From: the human T2T-CHM13v2.0 reference genome, Homo sapiens
NCBI RefSeq assembly: GCF_009914755.1
Contig: NC_060944.1
DNA: 64,000 bases
Reading direction: 5' to 3' (one strand)
Position 1 is the stretch's first letter. Every line of letters begins with the position of its first letter. The notes beneath the pieces are model-generated. The model did not search any database and was not told the DNA's origin. It saw only the letters and a list, made by a program, of their open reading frames with translations. Made by a program: the position numbers and the translations under genes. Positions 46,654 to 61,320 of this stretch are shown in pieces.

Positions 46654-46867
46654 GTTTGTTTGCTTGTTTTGGGGGGTATTTTTTGAGACAGAATCTCGCT
46701 ACGTCTTCCAGGCTGGAGTACAATGGCATGATCTCAGCTCACTGCAACCTCCACCTCCCAGATTCAAGCGATTCTCCTGCCTCAGCCTCGAACTCCTGAC
46801 TTCGTCATCCACCCGCCTCAGCCTCCCAAAGTGCTGGGATTACAGGTGTGAGCCACCGCGCCCAGCC
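46654..46867 (-). mobile_element. AluS with central deletion and 16-bp TSD
   Basis: cctcagcctcgaactcctgac junction joins the arms; CATTCACTCATTTGTT at 46638-46653 and 46868-46883. Confidence 0.95.
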
Positions 46868-46869
46868 CA

Positions 46870-47420
46870 TTCACTCATTTGTTTATGCATTCCTTCCTTT
46901 GACAGATATTTATTAAGCACCTACTAGGTTTCAGGTACTGTTTCAGGCCCCAGGCTATTGTAACAGACGGGACCCAACCTCAACTTTCCTGAGGTTATCA
47001 GTCTGGTGGAAGAGATAGACAATAAGTAAAATAAACGAACAGATGCTGTGCTCCTGGGTGACATGGGAGTGAGGAAGGGGGTGAGAGAGGTGTCTCTGAG
47101 GAGGTGACACTTGGGCTGAGCCCTGAATGAATCAAGGGAGAAGCCACACGAGGGTCTGGGGCAGAGCATTCCTGGTAGAGGGAACAGCCAGTACGCCCTG
47201 AGGCAGGAAACAGGAGGCCAGTTGGGCTGAGGACTGGGAAAGGGAGGCTGGGGGCGGGGGAATGGGTGGGGTAGGAATGTTCAGGAAGGAATCATGTGGC
47301 CTTCATGAGGGGTTTGGTTTTGGTCAAGAGCTCAGGGGTGAGACTAGGGTGGGACTGGAGAACTGGGAGTCATTAGGGCAGAAGGGGTGGAAGGGGGTGA
47401 TTCAAATCCCAGGGGATGAG
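46870..47420 (-). mobile_element. L2 LINE 3' fragment
   Basis: gacagatatttattaagcacctacta ... tctctgaggaggtgacacttgggctgag ... gagcattcctggtagagggaacagc. Confidence 0.8.
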
Positions 47421-48689
47421 GTGCATTGGGGAGGTGACTGAATGGGAACACAGACCTAACCAAGAGCCTGAGCAAGACTGGAAGTGCCTCCTTAGCCTGG
47501 GGTCAGAGAGGCCTGGGTGAGAACCCCAAGCTCTACACTCCCTCGCTGTGTGGCCTAGGGTCTCCTCTTTGCTGGGCCTCAGCTTCCTCATCTGGTAAAC
47601 AATAAAATTAATCCCTGTCCCCCGGCTGCTAACTTACGAAGTGCTGGGCTCCTGGGAGACGCTCTGGGGTCTGGAAACCCAGCCCTCTTGGTAAGCTGGG
47701 AAGTATGGGGCTGGCCTGGATTTCTGGACTTATTTCCCCTGAGGTCTCCACACCGAGCCCCTGGGGAGCACAGGGAAGCGAGCCAGCCGCTGTGGAGACT
47801 GACCCAGGCCAGAGCTTGTCCCAGCCCCAGCCCCTTTAGAGAGCTGAGAACCAAAGTGAGAAACTGAGGCCGACCCTGGCACTTAGGAGGGAAGGAAAGG
47901 GGGGCTCTGTGCCTGCACCCTTTGTGGCACTTTAGCCATATTGTCTTGGAATTAGACATAGATTGGGGTCTTCATTGTTCAGATGAGGAACTGAGGCTCA
48001 GAGAGGGAGGTGACCTGCCCAAAGTCACACAGGGAGTGTGTGCGTTCCAACCCTAGCCTGTGTCTCGGCCAGCCCTGAGGCAGCTGAGGAGGGGGCTCAG
48101 GGACTCATCCCTCGCCTGCCCACAGAATGCGCCCCAGGCCCTGCTGTACACACAGGGAGGTGGCCTTCACAGGGTGCCCCCTCCCTCCTCCATGCCGCAC
48201 TGGCCTGCCTTCTATTTCTCAGAACCTGTGAATCTTTTTCCAGCCTCAAGGCCTTTGCACATGCTGTCCCCTGTGCCTGGAAAATTCTCTCTCTCCCTCT
48301 CTTTCACATACACACACATATCATCCTGTCAATTCCTACTCATCCTTCAGACTTTAGGTCAGACCTCACTTTGTCCGTGTGAAGTGCTCTCCTCAGCCCA
48401 TCTACCCCATCTCCCAGGCTCCAGGGGCTGCTGTCACCGTTATCCGCCCGTGTGGTTAGATGTTTATGATCTCCCTTCCCTGACACCCTGGCTGGGGCCT
48501 ATCACAGAACAGGGCCTGAGGAAGCGCTGGCTGGATGGGTGCTTGGGCCACTGCCCTGCGACTCTGCCCTGCGACTCTGCCCTGTGGGGGTGTGAGCTGC
48601 AGGGAGTACCCAGGAGCCCTGGCCCCACTGGGTGCTGCCCCCTTCCTTACTCCTAAGACGGACTCCATGGTCCCCATCTCCCCCGGGGC

Positions 48690-48800
48690 ATGACGTCAGT
48701 CATTAAGTGGCTTCTGCAGTGAGCCGGGGCTGTGTGGGCTGTGGTGCGTGTGTGTGCACGTGGCCCTGGGTACATGCACGTGTGCGCACGAGCCTCCGTG
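48690..48800. promoter_or_regulatory. Candidate enhancer: full CRE, two CACGTG E-boxes and an MRE-like site
   Basis: TGACGTCA 48691-48698; CACGTG 48757-48762 and 48777-48782; TGCGCAC 48783-48789; locally retained CpGs. Motif evidence only. Confidence 0.35.
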
Positions 48801-49199
48801 AGTAATTCCAGCGGTGCTTCCCCACGCTGTCGCCATGGAGAGGCTGCTCCCACCCACCCAGCCCCAGGTGGCTGCCTCTGCCACCCTTTCCGGTCCCTCT
48901 CCCAGCCTCTCCATGACCCAGATTCGACCTGCCTTGCCTCCCACGTTCACAGGCTCTGGCTTCTGGAAGCTCAGGGTTCAGGGGCCTCTCCCTAAGACAC
49001 ACCTCTCATTCAGGATGGGCTCCAGGTTCCAGCAGTGCTTGTGGAGGCCACGTGGAAAGAGAGGGCCCTAGCATGCCACTGCCTGGGCGGGCACCTGACT
49101 CCTCCACCCAGATTGTGCAACCTGGGGATAAAAATGCCTCACTGGGGGATTCAGAGGCTCTGCTGTGGCCCTCCAGGACCCTCCCTAGAGCTGCCCCCT

Positions 49200-49622
49200 C
49201 CTCTTTTAGCCTCCCCGTCGTTCTCTCTGCTCCAGCCACACCAGCCTCCTTGCACCAGTCCCTTCACCCAACACACACACACCAGCTGCACCTCCATTCC
49301 ACATTCACCATTCCTCTACCAGGAATGCCCTTTCCCCAGGCATCCACAAGACCCACCCGTCACTTCTGCCCAAATATTGCTTTTGCAGAAAGACTTTCCT
49401 GACCCTATCACACTGCATTCTTCTTTACCTTCTCTAATTGGCTTCCAAGAAGGTATTGTTGCATGACATTACATTATATATTCATTTACCTGTTACCTGT
49501 CTCCCCAGCTAGAATGTAGGCTCTATGGGGGCAAGGACTGTCTTCTTTGCTGCTGTATCCGAGAGCTTTGAGTGCCTGGCACATAGTAGGAGCTCAGTAT
49601 CCAAATATGTGTTCAATGAATG
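49200..49622 (+). mobile_element. L2 LINE 3' end
   Basis: tgtctccccagctagaatgtaggctc...gtgcctggcacatagtaggagctcag...aatgaatg. Confidence 0.8.
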
Positions 49623-49642
49623 CGTGAACCTAAAGCACTTAG

Positions 49643-49976
<334 letters not shown>

Positions 49977-50521
49977 AGCACTGCCATTCTCGACCATGCT
50001 CAGAGCAGGGGTGTGGCAAACATTAGTCTCTGTGCTGGATGGTCACACATATTTGATCGCTTATGGCCCTCACCATCAAGTCCATGAGAGAGATGCAGTT
50101 ATTACTCGTCTCATTTTCTGGATAAAGGCATGAGGCTTTAAGAAGTCCCAGAGGTCCCTGAGACTGGCTGGGCTGATTAGATTGAGGCCCAGGCCTGCCT
50201 GGTCCCAGCTTCCAAGGCCACACCAGCTCTGAGGAGCCCACCTGCACACACAGCAATCTTGGGAGGCCCATTGAAACAACATCATGGCAGTGGGGACTCT
50301 CGTCCACTGAGGAGGGAAGCACCACCTCCGGAAAGGCTGGAGCCCCAAGGTCTAGTCCGAGGTTGACATCCTCCTACTGGGTGACCTTGGGCCAGCATCT
50401 GCCCCTCAGCACCGCAGAAGTGCAGTGAGTGGGGTTACTTGACCGGCTTGAGACCTCTTCCAGATCTGGTGTTCCCACATCTAAGAGGATGATCATCCCA
50501 AACCCCTCACCCAGAACCCAG

Positions 50522-52545
50522 CACACACACACACACGCACACACACACACGCACGCACACACACGCACACACACACTACGGACACACACCACACACGTGC
50601 AACACACACCACAGACACACACATACACACACACCACACACACGCACACCACACACCACATACACACGCACACACACCACAGACACACACATGCACACAC
50701 ACCACACACACCACATAAACACACATACACACACCACACACACCACACACACGCACACCATACACACACACCACATACACACACGTGCACACACATGCAC
50801 ACACACACCACAGACACACCACATACACACACCACAGACACACACACGCACGCATACACACCACAGACACGAACACATACATGCACACGCCACACACACA
50901 CCACACACATACCACACACACACCACACATACCACATACACACACCACACACACATACCACATACACACACACCACACACATACCACATACACACACACC
51001 ACACACATACCACATACACCACACATACCACATACACCACACACATACCACATACACACACACACCACACATAACACATACACACACACCACACACATAC
51101 CACATACACACCACACATACCACATACACACACCACACACACATACCACATACACACACACCACACACATACCACATACACACACACCACACACATACCA
51201 CATACACCACACATACCACATACACCACACACATACCACATACACACACACACCACACATAACACATACACACACACCACACACATACCACATACACACA
51301 CCACACATACCACATACACCACACACATACCACATACACACACACACCACACACATACCACATACACACACCACACATACCACATACACACACCACACAC
51401 ATACCACATACACACACACCACACACATACCACATACACACACACACCACACACATACCACATACACACACACACCACATACACACACAGGCGCAGGCGC
51501 ACACACACACACCACAGACATACATACAAACACCACACACACACACACCACACATACAGGCACACGTGCACACACGCACTACACATACACACACACCAGA
51601 CACACATGCATACAGACACATACACACACACACAGGTGTGCGCACACACACAGGCGCGCGCACACACACCACAGACACACACCACACACACATACACGCA
51701 CATACACGCACACCACACACCACATGCACACACACACACCACATACACACACCACACACACACCACACACACATACACGCACACCACACACCACATGCAC
51801 ACACACACCACATACACGCACACACCACATACACACCCCACACATGCACCACACACACGCACACACACCACACACACCACATGCACACACACATACACCA
51901 CACACGCACACACACATGCCACACACACATGAACACACAGGCGCGCACACACACCACACACACCACACACACACACTGGCATGTGCACACACACACCACA
52001 GACACATATCACATACACACACCACACACACAGACACACCACACACACGCGGACACCACACACACCACATACACACACCCAGGCACGCACACACATACCA
52101 CAGACACACACACACACCACACACACACCACACACATACACGCACACCACACACACACTGCATACACACACACATCACATACACATACACCACACACACA
52201 CACCTCATATACACATACCACACGCACATACACACACCCCACATACACACATGCCACATACACACACCACATACACACACACACACCACATACACACACC
52301 CACACACACACATCACATGCACACACACACATACACATCACACACACCACACACATGCACACCATACACACACACCACATACATACACGTGCACACACAC
52401 GCACACACACACCACAGACACACACATACACACACCACATACACACACCAGACACACACACGCACGCATACACACCACAGACACAAACACATACACGCAC
52501 ACACCACACACACACACACCACACACATACCACATACACATACCA
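50522..52545. repeat. ~2 kb complex CA-rich VNTR (units like CACACCACACACATACCACATA)
   Basis: Continuous C/A-rich low-complexity sequence; accounts for all the long His/Thr and Val/Cys ORFs. Confidence 0.98.
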
Positions 52546-53019
52546 TGAGGGATAGATGGAACTTTTGATCTTCCTCTGGGGTGATTCCAGGGGCCTATTG
52601 AAGACTTCTCACCCTGAAGGCAGCCCTACTTAGCCTCAGTTTCTCCATCCATAAAACACGAACCATAACGAGCCCTGCCTGCCCTCTCAGGGCGGTTGCA
52701 TTCAAATGATTCAGAAGAGGGAGAGTGGTTTTTGAGAGCTGTGCCCTTTTAAAGAGTGACAACCCACCATGGAACAGGAAGTTGACCTGTGCCCCAGGGA
52801 GGAGTTTCTGGGAAGAAAAACCTTGAGGCACCTGAAGCTGCAGAGGAAGAACCATCTTTATTCCCATATTCCAGGCAGGTAAACTGAGGCTTAGATTTGA
52901 GACATGATTATCTCTAAGTGGTATGGAGCTGGTAACAAAAACATCAGTGGGGAAGAAGGTCCCTAAGGGGAAGGGCGGGTTCCCTTAACAGACACGCCTG
53001 ACCTTGTAAGTTTCCCTGA

Positions 53020-53173
53020 GGCAGCCCTGTACTCCCTTGCCATGGAGTAAGGATCAGTACACATGGACTCGCCTGAGAGCTTGTTAGAAAATGTAAGTTC
53101 TGGGGTCTCACTCCATTTAGACTTGGGTGAGTCCTAATTCAGGGGTTCTGGGAACCCAACTTGAGAAACACTG
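53020..53173. mobile_element. MER5-like hAT-Charlie relic
   Basis: cgcctgagagcttgttagaaaatgtaagttctggg ... acttgagaaacactg. Confidence 0.6.
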
Positions 53174-53439
53174 ACACAGAAACGAAATAGCGAGAAACCA
53201 AAGCTATTCTATCCAGAGCATGCATTCAACTGACATTCACTAACAGCCCTTCCGTGTCACGCCCTGGCCAGCCTGCAGGACCCAAAGATACTCCCCAGTG
53301 CCATAAGGGAGGCATATGTGGAAATTGGCAGGCACTCCCACCCTTCTCCCTTCTTTGGATTTATTTTGGTGTTTCTTTTCTAACTTTTGGAGTTGTTTAT
53401 CATATTGCTTTTCAGTTTGTTTTTTTCTTTTCTTTTTTT

Positions 53440-54050
<611 letters not shown>

Positions 54051-54429
54051 GTTCTTGATGTCCAGTGACAATTCTGGTGTGTTAGAGAGAACCAAGGGCT
54101 GTCGGACCCAAGAGGAGATTCCTGATCCGGTCTGTGTGTCTCAGGGAAGGCCTTCTGGAGGAGTTACTACTTAAAGATGTAAGTGTTAGGCTAGGAGACA
54201 AGATGGGAAAAGCATTCCACCCAGAGGGAACAGCATGGGCAAAGGCATGGAGGTATGGAGTAACTCTTGGCAAAAATGGAAACACTGATAAAATTTGCTA
54301 GGAATCAGGGTGAGGTAAGATCAGTCTGGTGGAGGTGGCAGGGTCAAAGGAGTGATGTTTATGAGAGAAGATATTACTAACACAGCCGTAGAGAAGAGTA
54401 CATCAGGTGGCAGGAGCTGTGGAAGCAAT

Positions 54430-54690
54430 AATACCAGCCAAGATCCATTAAGCTCTTATTGCTTGCTAGGCACTATGCTGAATGTTCTATGTGATTGCCT
54501 CGTTTAACCCCCTTTAACAGCTCTGTGAGATAGATACCATTATCTCCATTTATAGATGAGGAAATGGAAACCAGAGAGGTTGAGTAACCTGCCCAAGGTC
54601 ACACAGCTCCAAATGGTAGAGTCAGGATTGGAAGTCAGCCAGATACAGTCTGACTCTGGCTCCCACATTCTCAGCCACTATGCTGTGGTT
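54430..54690 (-). mobile_element. MIR SINE
   Basis: tatagatgaggaaatggaaaccagagaggttgagtaacctgcccaaggtcacacagct. Confidence 0.85.
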
Positions 54691-54753
54691 CCTGGGTATG
54701 ATGGGAGTTGCTGGAGAATAACGTGTGGCTGGCTGTGACTGGAGCTTGGATTA

Positions 54754-55108
<355 letters not shown>

Positions 55109-55719
55109 AGCACAGGCTGGACAAGATGAGGGCTTTACATTCAAGAGAATTGGGTTCCAGTGCTGACTACTTCCTAGCTCTGTGGCCTTGGGCAAGTCAC
55201 TTCCACCCGAAGAGCCTTGGTTTCCTTATCTATAAAATGAGACCCATGCCCTTGCTCTGCCTGCCTCACATTCTGTGTAAGAAAAAATAAGATCATGCCT
55301 GCTTTGCAATCTCTGAAGTGCTCTGCCTGTGTCTGTCATTGTTGGACCAACCCAGAGAGAGCTGGGAATGGCCAGCCAAGGGACAGAACTGCCTGCTGCC
55401 AGCACTGGGGAGCTATGGGTGGGCCTTGAGCTGGGGAGGGGCAGGGAAGCCTGGAGCCTTGAAAGTGAAGCTAAAGAACCTCGCAGACCCTTCAGTTAGC
55501 TCTGTCAAATTCTGTAAGTATTTGTAAGAGTTGAATGAGTTTCAACTTTGAGCCAAGTTTCAGCTCATGAGCTAATTCCAGTGGGTTGCATAGAGTGCAG
55601 ATTCGAGGATTCCAGGCCTTATCCCATCAATGAGAACGTGAGGTTTCCATTAGTTATGTCTGCCACAGGTGTAGGAAATACAGCTGGTGGTGAGCTCTGA
55701 ATCTGCTAGTCAGGCTGTA

Positions 55720-56487
55720 GTCCCGAGGCTCTCAAGGGCACAGCAGCGCCTCCCAGGGGCTATTTTTGTTACCACAGTAACTGAGCAGGGGCTACTAGCT
55801 TTTAGAGGGCAGGAAACTGGTAACATTCAGGCCAAACTTTCACAATGAAGAATTGTCCCAGCTGCGTTCCATGTGACTTTCAAATGTCCTGCCAGCCATT
55901 CCTGTAGGCAAAAATAACGAAACTGAAACAAACAAACAAAAAACCTGTTTGTAACTCCCTGATCCTGGACCCTCACTATATTTTGTATACAAGCTTGAAG
56001 TACCTTTTTACCCAGTTTTAATATACCAGGAATGTAACTGTCATGAATGCCAAAGAAAGGATGTGCTTCTTCTGTTGGTTCAGAATTTTACCAAGAGTTG
56101 GTCACCATTTTGGAAGGATCATCCCCTCTAGCTTGTGGTACCAGCGATATTTGAGCAGCTGATTCAACAGCACATCTTTCTCTGTCTGCATTTGTAACTG
56201 TCACAGATTCTGTGGGTAGGTGCTGGCATCTGATTCCTTCATTACGCCTTCTTGACGAGTTGTGTCCCAGCATTGTGCTTTACAATATGAGTCGTATTAT
56301 AAATTACTTTCCTTTCACTTCTCCTTTATATTTCAGTTAGGGCATTGTATGTTTTTAAATTACGTGTGTAGGTAGGTAATATGATCTATGAATTTTATTT
56401 CAGGAGAATAAAAGGGGACATTACAAAATATTTTCTATAAAAATGGCATTTGGGGTCTGAGGGGGTTGGATGGGGTTGGGAACATTG
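55720..56487. mobile_element. hAT-Charlie relic (MER20B-like)
   Basis: ctcaagggc...gctactagctttttagagggc-type start, cacaatgaagaattgtccc, ttaccaagagttg...caccattttggaa, ggggttgggaacattg end. Subfamily uncertain. Confidence 0.6.
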
Positions 56488-57431
56488 CAGCCCAACTCCT
56501 TCCTTTCTGATGGGGAAACTGAGGCTGGGGGTGGGGAAGAGGCTTGCCTTTGTTCGTATGGAAAGTGGGAGGCAGAACTTGAAACATATACTTTAGGAAG
56601 ATCTTTCGCACTCTGGAGTGGGGGGAATCTGGGGGCAGAAGACCAGTGACGTGCCTGGAACAGGGGAATGGGAGTGAAGGAGGGGGTGGCTGTGGCAATG
56701 GCGATGAAAACCAGGTGCGGAGTTTCGAGATGTTTTGGAGGCCACCAGGCAGCTGTCACCGGGCGCTGGGGGGCCAGCGGGGAATCAGAGGTGAGGGGCA
56801 ATGTGCTTTCTTGAGGAATTCCCCCCTTTGCCGGAAAAACTGGCTTTCTGTGGCTGGGAACCTCAGAGGAAATCAGGCCATCCCACAGAGAGGCCAGTCA
56901 AACTCCTCCTGCCACCACCCCTCCTCCAGTCCCCCACCCGCCCAGCAACCAGAGACCTAACCTGGCCCCGGCCAATTGGGCAGCCTGAGGCCAAAACAGC
57001 ACCCATCCAATCCTGGGCGGCAGAGGCTGCCGCTCCCTGAGAAAATGATATGCCTGTTCCGAGAAACCAAATATCCTACAATGAATCCAATTAGATTTCA
57101 TAGGCACATGAGAACGCGATCCATCTTAAATGTCCTCTGCAAACCTCCAGCCACAGATAAATATTTTATTCCATTCCAAGCAGTCCCGGGCAGAATATCA
57201 ATTAGCATCCAGCTGCCTCCCTGGCGGGTCCAGACAGTCCTGGCTGAGGAGGGGGCTCTGAGCTGAGAGGGGAGCCCCCAGTCTTTGCCACGTGCTGCTG
57301 CTTAGCCCTGGTGTCACCTCAGGCAGGCGGCTTTTCCCTCCCGGGCTGTGTGTCCTCACCTGCGGAATGGGTTTGCAACATTGCCCTTCCTGCTTCTCCC
57401 CCAGTGCCCTAGTGCTGAGCAAGGAAGTTCA

Positions 57432-57890
57432 TGTTCACTCATCTGACAAACAGTCCCTCAGTAGCTGCTGGGTGCCAGCATCGTGGTTAGCGTTGGGGAC
57501 ACAGCCTTGAATAAGATAGGTCAGTCTCTCCCCTCTGGCAGAGCTCACAATCTGGGAAGAGGGCAGCAACAATAAGCACATAAATGAAGACCGCTTTTGA
57601 CAGAGACGAGTTTTACAAAACACACAGGCTGCTGTGACAGAGAAAAAGAGGGAGCACCCACTGTAGACTGAAGGATCAGGGAAGGCCTCCCTGAGGAGGT
57701 GACGTCTGTGCCAAGACCTGAATCGGGAAAAGTATTCTAGAAAGAGGTACAGCCAATGTGAACGCCCTGAGGGAGGAAAGTGCTTGGTGAGTTGAAGGAT
57801 CTGGCAAACCAGTGTGGCTGGAGCCGAGTGAATGACTAGGAGCGGGGTGTGAGAGAAAGCTGGAGACAGTGGCAGGGCCAGGGTCGGGGG
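57432..57890 (-). mobile_element. L2 LINE 3' fragment
   Basis: gagctcacaatctggg...tcagggaaggcctccctgaggaggtgac...ccagtgtggctggagc. Confidence 0.8.
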
Positions 57891-58333
57891 TGTCAGTTCA
57901 TGCTACGTCTGTGTTCAGTAGATGAATTGTGAAACCATTTACAACTGCAAATGAGCAGGGCCAGGAAGACACATGTCATGCCAGTGGGAGGGCCCCCAAG
58001 TCAGCGCAGATGCAAACCTGGCCCCAGGTTCCGTGCTAGGGCTCTACTGATGGGAATAGGCTGACAAAAAGGAACTACCTGTTACTCAGGATATCCCTCA
58101 ACCTGGTCAGAGTCATTTGGGGTTCAAAACTCATCTCTACCACTTACCAACTGGGCAAGTCACTTTGCTTCTCTGGACTCAGTTTCCTCCTCTATAAAAG
58201 AAAAGGCATAATCTCACCTACACTTTGGGTCTGTTAAATGGGCTAATGCGTGTCAAGTGTCTGTTGGATCATATGTGCCTCATGAATGAAATAGTTGCTG
58301 TTACTACTGCTATCATCATCATTACAGTAATTC

Positions 58334-58615
58334 AGGCAGTGGCTCATGCCTGTCATCCCAGCACTTTGGGAGATCAAGATGGGAAGATTGCTTGAACCCA
58401 GGGGTTCAAGACCAGCCTGGGCAGCACAGTGAGACCCTGTCTCTACAAAATATTAAAAAATTAGCTGGACATGGTGGTGCATGCCAGTAGTCCCAGCTAC
58501 TTGGGAGGCTGAGGCAGGAGGATTTCTTGAGCCCAGGAATTCCAAGCTGTAGTGGCTATGATCACAAACTCCAGCCTGGGTGATAGGGCAAGACCCTGTC
58601 TCATAAAAAAAAAAA
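58334..58615 (+). mobile_element. AluJ
   Basis: Alu arms; TSD tacagtaattca. Confidence 0.9.
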
Positions 58616-58948
58616 TTTTTTTATTAAATACAGTAATTCATTTACTCCTCCTAGTCACCCTCTGTTACTACCTTCATCTTAACAATGGCTCAGAGAGGGG
58701 AAGCAACATACTCAAAGTTCACACAGATGGTGGAGGAATTGGGCTTTTAGCCTGGGTGTGTTGGATTCTGTAGCTGGTATTACTTCCTCTTTGCCACTCA
58801 ACTCTGTGATAATCTAGTACATGGCTTAAAGAGAGCACAGAATGAGTAGAAACCTAGAGCCTTGTCCTCTGAGAAAAGAGGACAGAAAGAGGGGTGGATT
58901 TGCCCAAGGCTGTGTAGCTGGCAGAAGAAGAGACAGCCAGAGCGGATA

Positions 58949-59302
58949 TGTCTTAGTCCATTTTGTGCTACTGTAACAGAATACCACAGGCTGGGTAATG
59001 TATAATGAACAGAAATGAATTGGCTCACAGTTCTGGAGGCTGGGAAGTCCAAGTCAAGGTGCTGGCATCTGGCGAGGGCCTTCTTGCTATGTCATAACAT
59101 GGTGGAAGGCATCACATGGCAGAAGGTCAAAGAGAGAGAGAAACAATGGAAAGAGGAGGTGAACCCACTCCTGCAATATCATTCATGAGACAGAGCCCTC
59201 ATGACCTAAACACATCTTTAAAGTCCCACCTCCCAAGACTGTCACAATGGCAATTAAATTTCAACATGAGTTTTAGAGAGGACGAACAGTCAAACCATAG
59301 CA
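58949..59302 (-). mobile_element. MaLR solo LTR (MST/MLT1A-class)
   Basis: TG...CA termini; tgtcttagtccattttgtgct...ggctcacagttctggaggctgggaagtccaag...caaaccatagca. Confidence 0.9.
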
Positions 59303-59507
59303 GAATGCAATCCCTGCATGGCCAACCAAGGGCAAAGGGAGCTTGTGTTACCTATAATCCCAGAGGGCAAAGCTGGGGCCAAAGAAGAAACCTCAAGGAG
59401 ACCGATAGTCTGAGCTGCCCAGTGGTAGAACAGACTGCTTTGTGAGGTAGTAATTTGCCCATTTCTGGAAGTATACAAGCAAACTCAACGTGTTTCCAGA
59501 GGAAATT

Positions 59508-60010
59508 TGTATTGCTTATCTATTGCTGCAAAACAACTTTAGCAGCCTAAAACAACACTAAACACATGTTATCACACAGTTTCTGTGGATCAAGAATTTA
59601 GGACCAGCTTAGCTAGGTGGTCTTGGCTCAGGGATCTCTCATTAGGTTGCAGTCAGGATGTCAGCTAGGGCTGCAGCCATCTGAAGGCTTGACTTGGGCT
59701 GGAAGATTTGCTTCCAAGCTCACTTATAGGGCTGATGGCAGGAGGCCACGTGGACCACTCCATAGGGCTGCTTGAGTGCCTTTGTAACACAGTAGATGTC
59801 TTCCCCCAGAGCAAGAGATCCAAAACAGCAAGTTGGAAACTGCAGTATCTTTCATAGTCTAGCTCTGAAAGTCACATACTGTCATTTCCACAGTATCCTG
59901 TTAGTTACCCGGGTCAACCCTAGTCAGTATGGGAGGAGACCGACCATTCAAGGCTGTGAATACCAGGAGACGAGACTCATCAGGGGACACCTTGGAGGCT
60001 GGCTATCACA
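59508..60010 (-). mobile_element. MaLR solo LTR (MLT1F-like)
   Basis: tgtattgcttatctattgctg...gggctgcagccatctgaaggcttgac...gtgaataccaggag...cttggaggctggctatcaca. Confidence 0.85.
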
Positions 60011-60611
60011 AATTGGACTATGAAATCTTGACTGTACCTTCCAGTGTCAGATGTCCACTCTAAACCTCAGTTTCCCCATCTGTACAATGGAGGTTGGATT
60101 TGGTGATTCCTAAGAGTTCCTGTAGGTCTATGGTAGGGTGAACTCAGGGTCAGTGTGTCAGGCCAGCTGCAGAGCTCCAGGTGGTGGAACTCAGGGGAAG
60201 GGCATGCCAGAGGGGGACACAGAGGCCTGTGGTCACCCCCAAAGTCCATGAGAGGCACCAATGCAGGCTGCAGGCTGTTCCCCTAGAAGGTACCATCCCC
60301 AGGCACTAGACCACCTCATTGTAAAGGAGGCGTCTCAAGCAGATAAGCTGTGACTGGCACATCCCTCCACTCCTGAAAAATCCCACATAGATTAGATCCT
60401 ATTTCATCCATCTCCCCTTCCAGCGAGCTTTTTCTGAAAGCTCCTCTACGAGAGACCGTGAATGAGGGGGTGGAATGGAATGCGGGGAGCAGAGAGGATG
60501 GGCATGCATAGATGGTGTTTCTGTGTGTGACATCAGTCTTCCCCACAAGACAGCTCTCTTAGTGAGCACTGGCCTAGCCCACGGGAGATGTTTACAAATA
60601 TTTGTTGGTTG

Positions 60612-60652
60612 GATGAATGAATGAATGAATGAATGAATGAATGAATGAATGA
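60612..60652 (+). repeat. (TGAA)n microsatellite at an L2 3' end
   Basis: About 10 TGAA units after aaatatttgttg. Confidence 0.9.
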
Positions 60653-61074
60653 AGCAGAGACAAAAATGAGTAAGCTGCCATTGCAGCTTGTGCAGAGCCC
60701 ACCAGTCCCATGGGGACCCTCATTCCAGTACAGAGTGCAGATGATCTAGCAGCCTCTGCACGGTTCAGAGCCTCCTGGAGGGAGGCAGCTGCGGTCGAGG
60801 GGGTAGTTGAGGAGCGGGTCAGGGAGGGCCTCTGGAGGAGGCGGTGTGCGCTGGGCCTTGCTGCAGACCTGGGGGAGGAGAAGGCCAATCAAGGCAGAGG
60901 AAACGCACAAATAGCCAGGAGGGAGTGTGTCCTGGGAAGAGCGAATGGCATGGGCTAGAGATGCTGCCACAGAAGTGGGCAAGGGCAGGTTGCCAAAGGC
61001 CTTGAATACCAGGGAAGCAGGGCAGCCGGGGGAGGCCCCTTAGTCTAGGAAGAGGAGGTTGGAGTCAGGAAGAT

Positions 61075-61320
61075 GTGGATAGTGGTTAAGAGTATGGACT
61101 CTGGATTTAAACGGCCTGGGTTCAAATCCCATCTCTGTAACCTTGGGCAAATTACTTATTCTCAGTGTCTCAGTCTCCTCGTCAGCAAAATGGAGATGCT
61201 GCTAGCAGCCAACTGTCTCAAGGGGCTGTTGAGGGTGAAAGTGAGTTAACATACGTAAGTGCTTAGAACAGAGTCTGATACATCATGAGGCAGTGTAAGT
61301 GTTAGTTATTCTAAGTATTA
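61075..61320 (+). mobile_element. MIR SINE, near full length
   Basis: atagtggttaagagtatggactctgg...cctgggttcaaatccc...accttgggcaaattactt. Confidence 0.85.

Noticed and set aside
47236-47272. G-quadruplex-pattern run (also ~36681-36704 and ~56452-56480)
   Set aside because: Common in GC-rich DNA and located within decayed repeats; nothing suggests function.
50374-52568. Long ORFs of 250-587 aa (His/Thr/Pro-rich on +, Val/Cys-rich on -)
   Set aside because: They are translations of the CA/TG VNTR, which lacks stop codons in most frames on both strands; no domain or splice evidence.
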